From NCBI GenBank assembly GCA_903850745.1, contig CAINMH010000047.1, positions 1 to 55,715 on the forward strand: a DNA stretch of 55,715 nucleotides, written 5' to 3'. Positions 39,533 through 48,013 of this stretch are shown here, piece after piece. The translations under genes were made by a program, and so were the position numbers. The notes beneath the pieces are model-generated. The model ran no database searches. It worked only from the letters and a program-made list of their open reading frames with translations, and was not told the origin of the DNA. Position 1 is the stretch's first letter. Each line of letters begins with the position of its first letter. The stretch is from an uncultured bacterium (GTDB lineage: Bacteria; Actinomycetota; Actinomycetes; S36-B12).

Positions 39533-41275
39533 CTACAGGTGTCCGCCGCGATCATTGAGCTGCTCTTGATTGGTCTTTTCTTCACCTGGCGTGTGGAGAA
39601 CACCACCATGGAAGGGCACGTTCTCCAAGGCATCAGCGTGAGCGTGGAGGGGAGCCTCTGACAGCGCACCATGAGCAGCGTGATGTTGGCCCTCTTCGAT
39701 CTCTGCCATTGTGGGGGCCGGGATCTGATCTGCGTACCACACGCGCGAGAGCTTGGCCTGGAGACGCTTGACGCGGTAATGCTTGTTGGCGACCCCAGCG
39801 GCGTCCACCGAGGCCGGCATCGGCAGCGGTGCGTGGTCAGTCATGAGACGCGACTCGATGATGGCTCGCTCCTTGACATCGAGGGGCTCATGAACCTCAA
39901 CGAACTCCCCGTGCGGAAGGCGCAAAATGCGACCGGACTCGTATCCATGAAGCAACTTGTCGCGATCCTTGCGCTGAAGGCCCAGACAGACACGCTTGGT
40001 GAAAACGAAGGCGAGTGGCGGTAGCACGAACAGGGCGACGCGGAGGAACCACGTTATGGCATTGATCGACAAGTCGAATGTTGTCGCGATGATGTCGTTG
40101 GCGCCACCGATCCACAACAGCATGTAGAACGTCAACGACATGACGCCAATCGCTGTTCGCACGGGTGCATTGCGTGGGCGATCAAGAAGATGGTGCTCTC
40201 TCTTGTCGCCGGTAACCCATGCCTCCAGGAACGGATAAAGCGCCATAGCGGTGAATATGAGACCGGGGAGAACGACGGCGGGGATAAAGACGTTCCAACT
40301 GATGGTGATTCCGCCGACAGCTGTCTCCCAGTTGGGCATGGTGCGCAGCATTCCGTCGAGCCACCCGATGTACCAGTCAGGCTGAGAGCCAGCTGAGACT
40401 TGATCGGGGGTATACGGACCGAATATCCAGATGGGGTTGATGGAGACCAATCCACCGAGTAGCGCGATGATGCCAAAGACGATGAAGAAGAACCCGCCTG
40501 CTTTTGCCATGTAGACCGGCATGAGCGGGTAACCCACGACATTGTTGTTCGTGCGGCCCGGTCCAGGGAACTGGGTGTGCTTCTGCACCCACACCATCAT
40601 GAGGTGGACTGTCACGAGGGCAAGGATTAGTCCGGGTATCAGCAAGATATGGACGGAATAGATCCTCGAGATGAAGTCATCGCCGGGGAATTGGCCACCA
40701 AACAGCAAGAATGCACCCCAAGTGCCGATGATGGGTATCGCTTGGACGATGCCGCGGGCAATTTGCAGACCGGTACCTGAGAGCAGATCGTCGGGGAGTG
40801 AATAGCCCGAGAATCCCGCGCCCAATGCCAAGGTGAGCAGCACAACGCCGATGATCCAGTTAAATTCACGCGGCTTACGGAAAGCGCCGGTGAAGAAAAT
40901 GCGCAACAGATGGACCGAGACTGCCGCAACAAAAATGAGCGCTGCCCAGTGGTGCATCTGGCGAAGTAGCAGACCGCCACGCACGTCAAAGGAGATGTCG
41001 AGGGATGACGCGTACGCCTCAGACATCGCAATGCCCTTAAGCGGAACATACGACCCTTGGTAGATGACCTCCACCATGGATGGCTTGTAGAAAAGTGTGA
41101 GGTACGTGCCCGTAAGCAAAATCACGATAAAGCTGTACAGAGCAATTTCGCCCAGCATGAAAGACCAGTGGTCAGGGAAGACTTTGCTCAAACTGCGCTT
41201 GAGGAACCGATTAGAACCGAGCCGCTGGTCGACGTAGGTGCCGGCACCCGCGCCAACTTTCTCGACAGTACTCAT
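39533..41275 (-). CDS. qcrB: Cytochrome bc1 complex cytochrome b subunit
   Basis: 580 aa, polytopic, with RQMHHWAA. Downstream of qcrA with a 4-nt overlap. Confidence 0.9.
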   Translation of the reverse strand: MSTVEKVGAGAGTYVDQRLGSNRFLKRSLSKVFPDHWSFMLGEIALYSFIVILLTGTYLTLFYKPSMVEVIYQGSYVPLKGIAMSEAYASSLDISFDVRGGLLLRQMHHWAALIFVAAVSVHLLRIFFTGAFRKPREFNWIIGVVLLTLALGAGFSGYSLPDDLLSGTGLQIARGIVQAIPIIGTWGAFLLFGGQFPGDDFISRIYSVHILLIPGLILALVTVHLMMVWVQKHTQFPGPGRTNNNVVGYPLMPVYMAKAGGFFFIVFGIIALLGGLVSINPIWIFGPYTPDQVSAGSQPDWYIGWLDGMLRTMPNWETAVGGITISWNVFIPAVVLPGLIFTAMALYPFLEAWVTGDKREHHLLDRPRNAPVRTAIGVMSLTFYMLLWIGGANDIIATTFDLSINAITWFLRVALFVLPPLAFVFTKRVCLGLQRKDRDKLLHGYESGRILRLPHGEFVEVHEPLDVKERAIIESRLMTDHAPLPMPASVDAAGVANKHYRVKRLQAKLSRVWYADQIPAPTMAEIEEGQHHAAHGALSEAPLHAHADALENVPFHGGVLHTPGEEKTNQEQLNDRGGHL

Positions 41276-42315
41276 CCGCGCTCCCAGAAACTCGGGCCAA
41301 CAGGTTCGGCAAAATCCGCGAGGGCCACGAGGTAACCCTCCTCATCCACTCCGATCGGCAACTGCGGCATCCGTCGTGCCGCCGGCCCAAAGATCACATT
41401 GCCAGAATCAGCAAGGTCGAATGTGGACTGGTGACACGGACACAGCAGGTGGTGCGTTCGTTGCTCGTACAACGATATGGGGCAACCGACATGTGTGCAG
41501 ATCTTGGAGTAGGCGAGGATCCCTTGGTAATCCCAATTCTCGCCCTGCTGTGATCGAATCTCATCAGGTTGCATCCGGACCACAAGAATCGCGGCTTTCC
41601 CTCGGGCGTTCAGGGTGTGCTCTTCCTCTTGGACTTCCATCATGTTTTCCGGAACCGCGGAGATCAGGCCCCCGACGGGAAGATCGCTGGCCTTAACCGG
41701 GGCATAGGAGCCATCCACGACGATGCGCGAGCCTTTTCGCCAGATTGTGGTCTCGAGTTCGGCCTGGGGATTCGGTGTGTCAGTTGGCTGCACCCAAAGA
41801 TCGCGAAGCAACACGATGAGGGGGATGGGGAAGAGGGCCAATGCTCCAAGGAGGCTTCGGCGGATGATCTTGTAGCCAGCGAAACCGGACTCTTCCTTGC
41901 CCCGCTCGTACTGATCGACAGCTTCGGCCGTGTCGGCTGGTTCGGACGCCAACTCATGACGCTCTTGGACGACCTCAACGTCAGGCATGAGCTTTTTTGC
42001 CCACTGGATCGCACCAGCACCGATGAGGAACACCGCCGCGCCCATGGTGACGCCCAGCGCGAGATTCATAGCTCCCACGAGGCCAAGCACTGGGATGTAG
42101 ACGTTGGCATCCTTGGGAATCGCGACGTAGGCGACGACAAAGAGAATGACGAAAAGCACGGAAAGAGTGAACATCCCCGCAACTTGGCGTTCGGCGCGAC
42201 GAGCCGCCTTGGGGTCTACATCTGTGCGACGCGGCTTGTGGGGGACATCTGCTACGGGAAGTCGGCCACTCGTAACTGGATGGTCGGAATGCTCGTGGGT
42301 GTTCACGTCGGTCAT
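41272..42315 (-). CDS. qcrA: Cytochrome bc1 complex Rieske iron-sulfur subunit
   Basis: Contains CTHVGCP ... CPCHQSTF. Confidence 0.9.
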   Translation of the reverse strand: MTDVNTHEHSDHPVTSGRLPVADVPHKPRRTDVDPKAARRAERQVAGMFTLSVLFVILFVVAYVAIPKDANVYIPVLGLVGAMNLALGVTMGAAVFLIGAGAIQWAKKLMPDVEVVQERHELASEPADTAEAVDQYERGKEESGFAGYKIIRRSLLGALALFPIPLIVLLRDLWVQPTDTPNPQAELETTIWRKGSRIVVDGSYAPVKASDLPVGGLISAVPENMMEVQEEEHTLNARGKAAILVVRMQPDEIRSQQGENWDYQGILAYSKICTHVGCPISLYEQRTHHLLCPCHQSTFDLADSGNVIFGPAARRMPQLPIGVDEEGYLVALADFAEPVGPSFWERG

Positions 42316-43097
42316 CGGGCCTTCATTCCAATCCAGATCGCGGCGAAAGCGAGCGCGGCGGCTACGGCGGTAAACAAGAAGACGGTCTCGGTGACAGGTC
42401 CTATGCGGCCAAGATCAAGGCCACCGGGGCTAGCAGATGTCTGGAGCTCCTCGATGTAAGCAATGATGGCGCGCTTGTCATCGGGGGTGATGCTGCTGTC
42501 GCTGAACACCGGCATGCTCTGGGGACCAGTCACCATGGCTTCCCAGATTTCCTTCGGTTCAGAGCCCATCAAACTAGGGGCGTACTTGCCCTGAGTGAGG
42601 GCCCCGCCGCCTCCTGCAGCCTGATGGCACTGCGCGCAATTGGTGCGGAAGAGCAGGCCGCCCAAGGCGACATCGACGTTGTCAGTGTTGAGGTCCTCGG
42701 CGGTGGGAATCTGCGGCCCGGGGGCGAGAGAGGCCACGTAGGCGGCCAACTGAGCAACTTCTTTCTCGTCGTACATTGCCGGCCCAGCTTGAGCTTGGGC
42801 ACCGGGAGCGGCGAGTGGCATACGCCCGCTGCTGACCTGGAAATCCACGGCCGCCGCGCCGACGCCGATCAAAGTCGGACCATTGACGGTGCCTTCGGCA
42901 CCCAAGCCGTGGCATGAGGAACAACCCTCTAGGTAAAGCTTTTTGCCCTCTTCTACCTGCGTCTGGGTGCTGTCGCTTGCAATTGCGGGAGCACTCGCAG
43001 AGGCCACTGCGTAGATTCCGGCCACGGCCGCCAGCGCGAAGAGGAGCAACAGTGCCAAGGCCAACGGGTGGCGCCTGCGGGCAACCAATGACTTCAC
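42312..43097 (-). CDS. qcrC: Cytochrome bc1 complex dihaem cytochrome c subunit
   Basis: Has two CxxCH motifs (CSSCH, CAQCH). GTG 43097 has AAGAGG upstream. The longer ORF to 43160 would overlap ctaE. Confidence 0.85.
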   Translation of the reverse strand: MKSLVARRRHPLALALLLLFALAAVAGIYAVASASAPAIASDSTQTQVEEGKKLYLEGCSSCHGLGAEGTVNGPTLIGVGAAAVDFQVSSGRMPLAAPGAQAQAGPAMYDEKEVAQLAAYVASLAPGPQIPTAEDLNTDNVDVALGGLLFRTNCAQCHQAAGGGGALTQGKYAPSLMGSEPKEIWEAMVTGPQSMPVFSDSSITPDDKRAIIAYIEELQTSASPGGLDLGRIGPVTETVFLFTAVAAALAFAAIWIGMKAR

Positions 43098-43120
43098 CTG
43101 TCTCGACCTCTTTCGACTCT

Positions 43121-43729
43121 CTAGCGGAGGATGTAAATCATGGCGAACAGTGCAATCCACACTACGTCAACGAAGTGCCAGTAATAGGACACGACGATCG
43201 CGCGCGAGGCGTGATCATGGGTGAACTTTTTGGAGATGTACGTGGTGGCGAGCACGAGAAGGAAGGCGATGAGCCCTCCCGTGACGTGAAGTCCATGGAA
43301 ACCCGTGGTGAGGTAGAAAGCGGAGCCGTAGGAGCTTGACGAGAGTGTCAGGCCCTCATGAACTAGCTCCGTGTATTCGGTGACCTGGCCGCCAATGAAG
43401 ACAGCGCCCATGATGAAGGTGATGATGAACCAGCGACGCAGAAGCTTTACGTTGCCGCGCTCAGCGGCGAAGACGCCCAGCTGGCAGGTGACGGATGAAA
43501 GCACCAGAATCGTGGTGTTGACGCTCGCGAAGGGAATATTCAGCAGTTCGGTCTCTTCGGCCCATACGCCTGGATTAACCGAGCGCAGCGTGAAGTACAT
43601 CGCGAAGAGAGCCGCAAAGAACATCAGCTCGCTGGAGAGCCAGATGATGGTGCCTACGGCGACCATATTCGGGCGATTTGCCGGTGCGTGAGCCAGTGCG
43701 CTAGGCGCCGGTGTAGAGGTTGCTGCCAC
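43121..43729 (-). CDS. ctaE: Cytochrome c oxidase subunit III
   Basis: Contains [29 protein letters not shown]. Possible starts are GTG 43729 (matches the usual about 200-aa length and is preceded by TGcCAGAAT with a 7-nt spacer, suggesting a leaderless start), GTG 43762 and ATG 43801. The stop is certain; the start is not. Confidence 0.8.
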   Translation of the reverse strand: MAATSTPAPSALAHAPANRPNMVAVGTIIWLSSELMFFAALFAMYFTLRSVNPGVWAEETELLNIPFASVNTTILVLSSVTCQLGVFAAERGNVKLLRRWFIITFIMGAVFIGGQVTEYTELVHEGLTLSSSSYGSAFYLTTGFHGLHVTGGLIAFLLVLATTYISKKFTHDHASRAIVVSYYWHFVDVVWIALFAMIYILR

Positions 43730-43799
43730 GTCTCCGATTCTGGCAGAAGCCGGGGGTGCCACGTGACACGCCCCCCCGTAGGTGGTGTAGGTAACATTC

Positions 43800-44225
43800 A
43801 TGTCTGTGAGCACCTCTGCGACCGCCCCGAAGCCCCTGTCCATCCTGCTCTACAGCCACGACCGCAATGTTCGCGAGCGGGTCTTAACCGGGCTTGGCCG
43901 TCGCCCATCGCCGGAGTTGCCTTCGGTCACCTACATCGAATGCGCCACACCTGCAGCCGCCATCTCCGCCATGGACGCCGGCGGCATAGATCTGGCAATT
44001 TTCGACGGCGAAGCGGCACCTATCGGTGGCATGGGGCTGTGCCGCCAGGTCAAGGACGAAATCTTCGAATGCCCTCCAGTCCTGGTTCTTATCGGCCGCC
44101 CACAGGACGCTTGGTTGGCGACCTGGTCGCGGGCCGACGGTGTTGTTCCGCACCCCATCGACGCCGTTGTATTGGCCGATTGTGTCGCGGCGTTGCTCCG
44201 TCGCCGTGTAGTTGCAACTCAATAG
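43800..44225 (+). CDS. Single-domain response-regulator receiver-like protein (atypical)
   Basis: Has a REC-like layout: ILLYSHD (beta1), DLAIFDGE (putative acceptor Asp), PVLVLIG and GVVPHPI. The usual T/S and K positions read G and H. The start could also be GTG 43806. Confidence 0.55.
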   Translation: MSVSTSATAPKPLSILLYSHDRNVRERVLTGLGRRPSPELPSVTYIECATPAAAISAMDAGGIDLAIFDGEAAPIGGMGLCRQVKDEIFECPPVLVLIGRPQDAWLATWSRADGVVPHPIDAVVLADCVAALLRRRVVATQ

Positions 44226-44229
44226 CGTC

Positions 44230-45297
44230 ATGGAACATCTGCCCGGTGGGTTTCCCGACGTACTTGCCGCGCTCCTTGATCGACGCGATTTGCCTGCCGC
44301 TTGGGCCTCGTGGGCCATGGAACAGATCATGTCGGGCGAGGCAACTCCAGCCCAGATTGCCGGGTTCGCGGTGGCCCTACGCGCTAAAGGCGAAACACCT
44401 GACGAAGTGGCGGCCCTTGCGGAATCCATGCTCCGCCACGCTGTTCCTTTGGAGGTCCCAGGGCCAATTTTGGACGTAGTTGGCACAGGGGGCGATCGGG
44501 CCGGGACCGTCAATATCTCCACGATGGCCGCCCTGGTGTGTGCTGGCGCAGGTGCCAAGATTGTCAAGCATGGCAATCGAGCAGCCTCCTCGAGCACCGG
44601 AACTGCCGATGTCCTCGAAGCTCTCGGCTTGCCCCTCGATCTCACTCCGGCCCAGGTGGCGGAATGCGCAGACCTTGCGGGCATCGCTTTTGCATTCGCG
44701 CCCACCTTTCACCCGGCACTTCGGTTCGCGGGTCCACCGCGGCGTGAAATTGGTGTACCGACTGTCTTCAATATTCTTGGCCCCCTGGCAAACCCGGCCC
44801 GTCCGCAAGGAGCTCTCATTGGCTGCGCGGATGTCCGGCTCGCGCCGGTGATTGCCGGGGCGGCATTGGCTGCCGGCCAGCGTGCCCTGGTCGTTCGTGG
44901 CACGGATGGTCTTGATGAGATCAGCCCTGTGGTGGTGACCGAGGTCTGGGATACCACCCGTGGGGTACTCGAACGAGACACTCTGGAGCCATCTGACTTC
45001 GACCTGTCCGGGATTACTGTCCGGGATTTGCGCGGTGGTCTAGCTGAGGAGAACGCCGACATCCTGCGTCGAGTACTAGCTGGAGAACGTGAGGATCGTT
45101 TGGGCGCCATTGCCGACACGGTGTGTCTCAACGCCGCTGCAGCATTGGTAGCTGACTCGGCAGCACGAGGCGAAGAGCAGGTCGGATCTTTACGCGACAG
45201 AGTCTCGGCGCAGATGCCGCGCGCGCGAGGGGCGTTGACTTCCGGATCCGCGGCGGGTGTCCTCCATCGCTGGATTGAGACCGCTCGATCCCGGTAA
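44230..45297 (+). CDS. trpD: Anthranilate phosphoribosyltransferase
   Basis: Contains IMSGEATPAQIAGFAVALRAKGET, VGTGGDRAGTVNIST and KHGNRAASS. ATG 44230 is preferred over TTG 44212. Confidence 0.9.
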   Translation: MEHLPGGFPDVLAALLDRRDLPAAWASWAMEQIMSGEATPAQIAGFAVALRAKGETPDEVAALAESMLRHAVPLEVPGPILDVVGTGGDRAGTVNISTMAALVCAGAGAKIVKHGNRAASSSTGTADVLEALGLPLDLTPAQVAECADLAGIAFAFAPTFHPALRFAGPPRREIGVPTVFNILGPLANPARPQGALIGCADVRLAPVIAGAALAAGQRALVVRGTDGLDEISPVVVTEVWDTTRGVLERDTLEPSDFDLSGITVRDLRGGLAEENADILRRVLAGEREDRLGAIADTVCLNAAAALVADSAARGEEQVGSLRDRVSAQMPRARGALTSGSAAGVLHRWIETARSR

Positions 45298-46989
45298 CGA
45301 CCGCAAAGATGCATGTAGCGCGCCGCCCCCATGTATGGGCAGGTCGAGGGGCGCACTGACGTCGACGAGTCGAGTTTGACCGTCGAACAGCCAAGCGCGT
45401 ATCACATTCGTCTCCTCAGTGAGCGCTGCGGAGACTCCCGGGATGGGAGAAGAGACGCACTCGGCGATTGCAGCGAGTGATTCAATGTGCGGTCGAGGAT
45501 CGACTCCTGGCGGCACCTGTGTCGCTGCGGCAAGGCGTCCGTGCCGAATGATGTGAATGGCCCAACCGCCCTCGTTGGTAGGCGATGCGGCGACAATCTG
45601 CTCCGTCTGTGCCAAGAGTCGAAGCATCTGGGCACGGGCGGCCCCGTGAGCAAATGCTGCGAGTCTTTCGCGCCATAAGGCCGCGTCTTCGTAACGCTCT
45701 GCTTGCGCGAGAGCTGCCATCCTGACACTGACGGCGTCAGCAGTAGGACGTACATCATTGGTCATCGCAAGACGAGCTTGATCCACGCGATCTGCGTAGT
45801 CAGGTGTCGGAGCAGCACACGGCGCCAGGCATCGGCCAATATCGGCCAACACGCAGGTAGCGCGGGGCTTTCCTGCCTTCGCAAGACGAGTCGTGCACGT
45901 GCGCAGCCCCGTTGCTTCAATCAAAGCTTCTGCTGCGAGGTTGGCTGAGACTCGACCACGGTATGGGCCGATGTAGGCAGCCCCAAGATGAGTGTCGTCG
46001 CTGACTTGGCGGACAAGTGAGATACGCGGATACGGCTCGACGGTGAGCTTGAGCCACGAATCGCGCTCGGGATGCCGAGATCGGCGATTAAAACGAGGCT
46101 GCCTCTCGGCGATGGTACGAATCTCTCGGATATGAGCCTCGAGTGGCGTCGCACACACGATGGGCACAACACGTTCGGCGAGCTTGATCATCTCGGTCAT
46201 TCGAGCCCGTTGCTCAGAGGCGGTGAAATAGGTGCGTACTCGTGAACGCAAGTCTTTCGACGTGCCGACGTATAGCGCTTCACCATCAGCAGCTTCGAAG
46301 ATGTAGATGCCCGGTGAGTTCGGTAGACCATCGGCTAGATATCGCTTACTGTGCCGCGCAAGCGTGACGCGACCGGTGAGCGTCTGCAGGTCTTCAAGAC
46401 TTGAGACTCCCAGTGGGCCCACCCGTTCAATCAAGGCATGAAGCACCGTCACAGTGGCGCGAGCATCGTCAAGGGCGCGGTGGGTAGGTTGGACTGGAGC
46501 GTTGAAGTGTCGTGCGAGTGTTGCGAGTTTGCAGTCTCGCACCTCGTCGCGGGGGAGAATTTGACGCGCGAGGCGAACCGTGTCGATAACCACGGGGTCT
46601 GGCCACTCGATGTCGTTTTTTGCGCAGGCGCCCTTGAGGAAGCCGATGTCATAGGGGGCGTTATGCGCGACGAGTACGGCACCGGATGCAAACTCCCAGA
46701 AGGTCGACAGGACCGCTTCAAGGCGAGGGGCATCGGCTACGGCCGCATTGGTGATTCCGGTGAGCGCGGCAATGAATGGCGGAATCGGAACTCCGGGGTT
46801 CACCAACGTGGCGAATTCGGACTCCACGACGCCGCCCTTGATGCGGACGGCACCAAATTCGGTGATGCCCGCGTCAGTAGGAGCCCCGCCGGTGGTCTCG
46901 AGGTCCACCACGACAAAGGTGACGTCAGAGAGGGGTTGACCCAGGTCCTCTAGCGTCAACTGTGCGGCAGTCGTGATCACGACCAACAC
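45190..46989 (-). CDS. DEDD (DnaQ-like) 3'-5' exonuclease fused to a GIY-YIG/UvrC-like domain (Rv2191-like)
   Basis: Contains Exo motifs VVVDLETTG, AHNAPYDIGFL and HRALDDA, then GIYIFEAADGEALYVGTSKDLRSRVRTYF. The last 36 codons overlap the trpD 3' end. The start may be the 4th codon (GTG 46980) if the gene is leaderless. Confidence 0.85.
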   Translation of the reverse strand: MLVVITTAAQLTLEDLGQPLSDVTFVVVDLETTGGAPTDAGITEFGAVRIKGGVVESEFATLVNPGVPIPPFIAALTGITNAAVADAPRLEAVLSTFWEFASGAVLVAHNAPYDIGFLKGACAKNDIEWPDPVVIDTVRLARQILPRDEVRDCKLATLARHFNAPVQPTHRALDDARATVTVLHALIERVGPLGVSSLEDLQTLTGRVTLARHSKRYLADGLPNSPGIYIFEAADGEALYVGTSKDLRSRVRTYFTASEQRARMTEMIKLAERVVPIVCATPLEAHIREIRTIAERQPRFNRRSRHPERDSWLKLTVEPYPRISLVRQVSDDTHLGAAYIGPYRGRVSANLAAEALIEATGLRTCTTRLAKAGKPRATCVLADIGRCLAPCAAPTPDYADRVDQARLAMTNDVRPTADAVSVRMAALAQAERYEDAALWRERLAAFAHGAARAQMLRLLAQTEQIVAASPTNEGGWAIHIIRHGRLAAATQVPPGVDPRPHIESLAAIAECVSSPIPGVSAALTEETNVIRAWLFDGQTRLVDVSAPLDLPIHGGGALHASLRSLPGSSGLNPAMEDTRRGSGSQRPSRARHLRRDSVA

Positions 46990-47010
46990 GCTATGTCAGG
47001 CATCCGACAA
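46988..47010 (-). promoter_or_regulatory. Candidate RecA-NDp (PafBC-type) DNA-damage promoter
   Basis: The minus strand reads TTGTCGGAT-GCCTGACA-TAGCGT, compared with the motif tTGTCRgtg-N8-TAnnnT (7/9 matches, exact 8-nt spacer, valid -10). The -10 overlaps the first listed start codon. Confidence 0.45.
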
Positions 47011-47112
47011 TGGGCAGGCACCCCGCCGAATCGTGCTGTCGTGAGCAAATGTCAGTCCCCTATGTGACGCTCTTTCTAGAACTAGACCTGTGGCTGTAGC
47101 AGAGGAGTAGAC

Positions 47113-47316
47113 GTGGTTATCGACTGTGGCACTTGTGAGGTGCGGGGCGCGGCATGCACAGACTGCGTGGTCTCAGTCCTGTTAGGTCCACCAGGCGCAT
47201 TTGAATTGCAGGCCCCCGAGCAGACTGCGTTGGCGATTTTGGCTGATTCCGGCCTCGTGCCGCCGTTACGCCTGGTGTGCAGCAACCCACGTGGAGGACA
47301 ACGGCGTTCGGCGTGA
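47113..47316 (+). CDS. Small 4-Cys (CxxC-x6-CxxC) hypothetical protein
   Basis: GAGGAG SD lies 5 nt upstream of GTG 47113. The N-terminus reads VIDCGTCEVRGAACTDCVV, followed by GLVPPLRLV. Confidence 0.5.
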   Translation: MVIDCGTCEVRGAACTDCVVSVLLGPPGAFELQAPEQTALAILADSGLVPPLRLVCSNPRGGQRRSA

Positions 47317-47341
47317 AGCAGAGCACACGCTGTGCCGCGGT

Positions 47342-47977
47342 TTATTCCGTCGATTGACGCAATAGGCCCAATTTGAGTGCGGACATGAGCGCTTGCGCGC
47401 GATTGCCCGCCCCCAATTTGTCGTAGACCTTGGAAATGTGGGTCTTTGTTGTGGACTCACTAATAAAGAGTTGTTTGGAGATACCAGAGACGCTGAAGCC
47501 GTCAGCGAGCAACTGGAGGACTTCCTTTTCGCGGGGTGACAATTGCGGGCCACGTGGTTCCATACGTCGCCGCATGGCATCGGCGAGGTCGGCAGCACTG
47601 AACGATCGAGGCGAGGCGGCCGCGTGACGGGCTGCCAAGATGACGTCCTCCGCGGGAGCATTCTTGGGCACGAAGGCACTGGCGCCTGCTTCCAAAGCCG
47701 CAAATAACTGGTCGTCTCCGGCATACATCGTCAACACCACAAGTCCCATCACCGGATGTTGCGTTCGAATTGCTCGAATAGCGTCAAGGCCGCTTCCATC
47801 GGGAAGGCGTACGTCGATGATGGCGACATCCGGCATCAGAAGCGAAGCTTCTCTGATTGCCTCCGCAACGGTGCCCCCCTCGCCGACGATATGACAGTCG
47901 CCTTCGCGTTCGAACGCGCGTCGGAGTCCCTCGCGGATCAAATGATGGTCATCGATCAGCAAAACCGAAATTGGCAT
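47342..47977 (-). CDS. NarL/LuxR-family response regulator
   Basis: Has a REC domain (VLLIDDHHLIREGL, VAIIDVRLPDGSG) and an HTH_LuxR domain (LSPREKEVLQLLADGFSVSGISKQLFISESTTKTHISKVYDKLG). Confidence 0.9.
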   Translation of the reverse strand: MPISVLLIDDHHLIREGLRRAFEREGDCHIVGEGGTVAEAIREASLLMPDVAIIDVRLPDGSGLDAIRAIRTQHPVMGLVVLTMYAGDDQLFAALEAGASAFVPKNAPAEDVILAARHAAASPRSFSAADLADAMRRRMEPRGPQLSPREKEVLQLLADGFSVSGISKQLFISESTTKTHISKVYDKLGAGNRAQALMSALKLGLLRQSTE

Positions 47978-48013
47978 AGAACCTCCTTACGCGAATGGAG
48001 CATGTTGACAGGT

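Noticed and set aside
43688-44705. Long alternative-frame and antisense ORFs (43688..44479 plus, 43884..44705 minus) over the REC-like gene and trpD
   Set aside because: Their translations are Arg/Cys/Pro-rich, and they overlap the clearly recognisable trpD frame. Similar shadows at 6170..6967, 9621..10397, 25725..26408, 30623..31285, 38638..39360, 41569..42459, 44709..45356 and 50656..51360 were also dismissed.
47317-47341. Short hairpin GCACA-cgc-TGTGC followed by TTTATT between the 4-Cys gene and the response regulator, considered as a bidirectional terminator
   Set aside because: The stem is only 5 bp with a 3-nt loop, so its stability is marginal.
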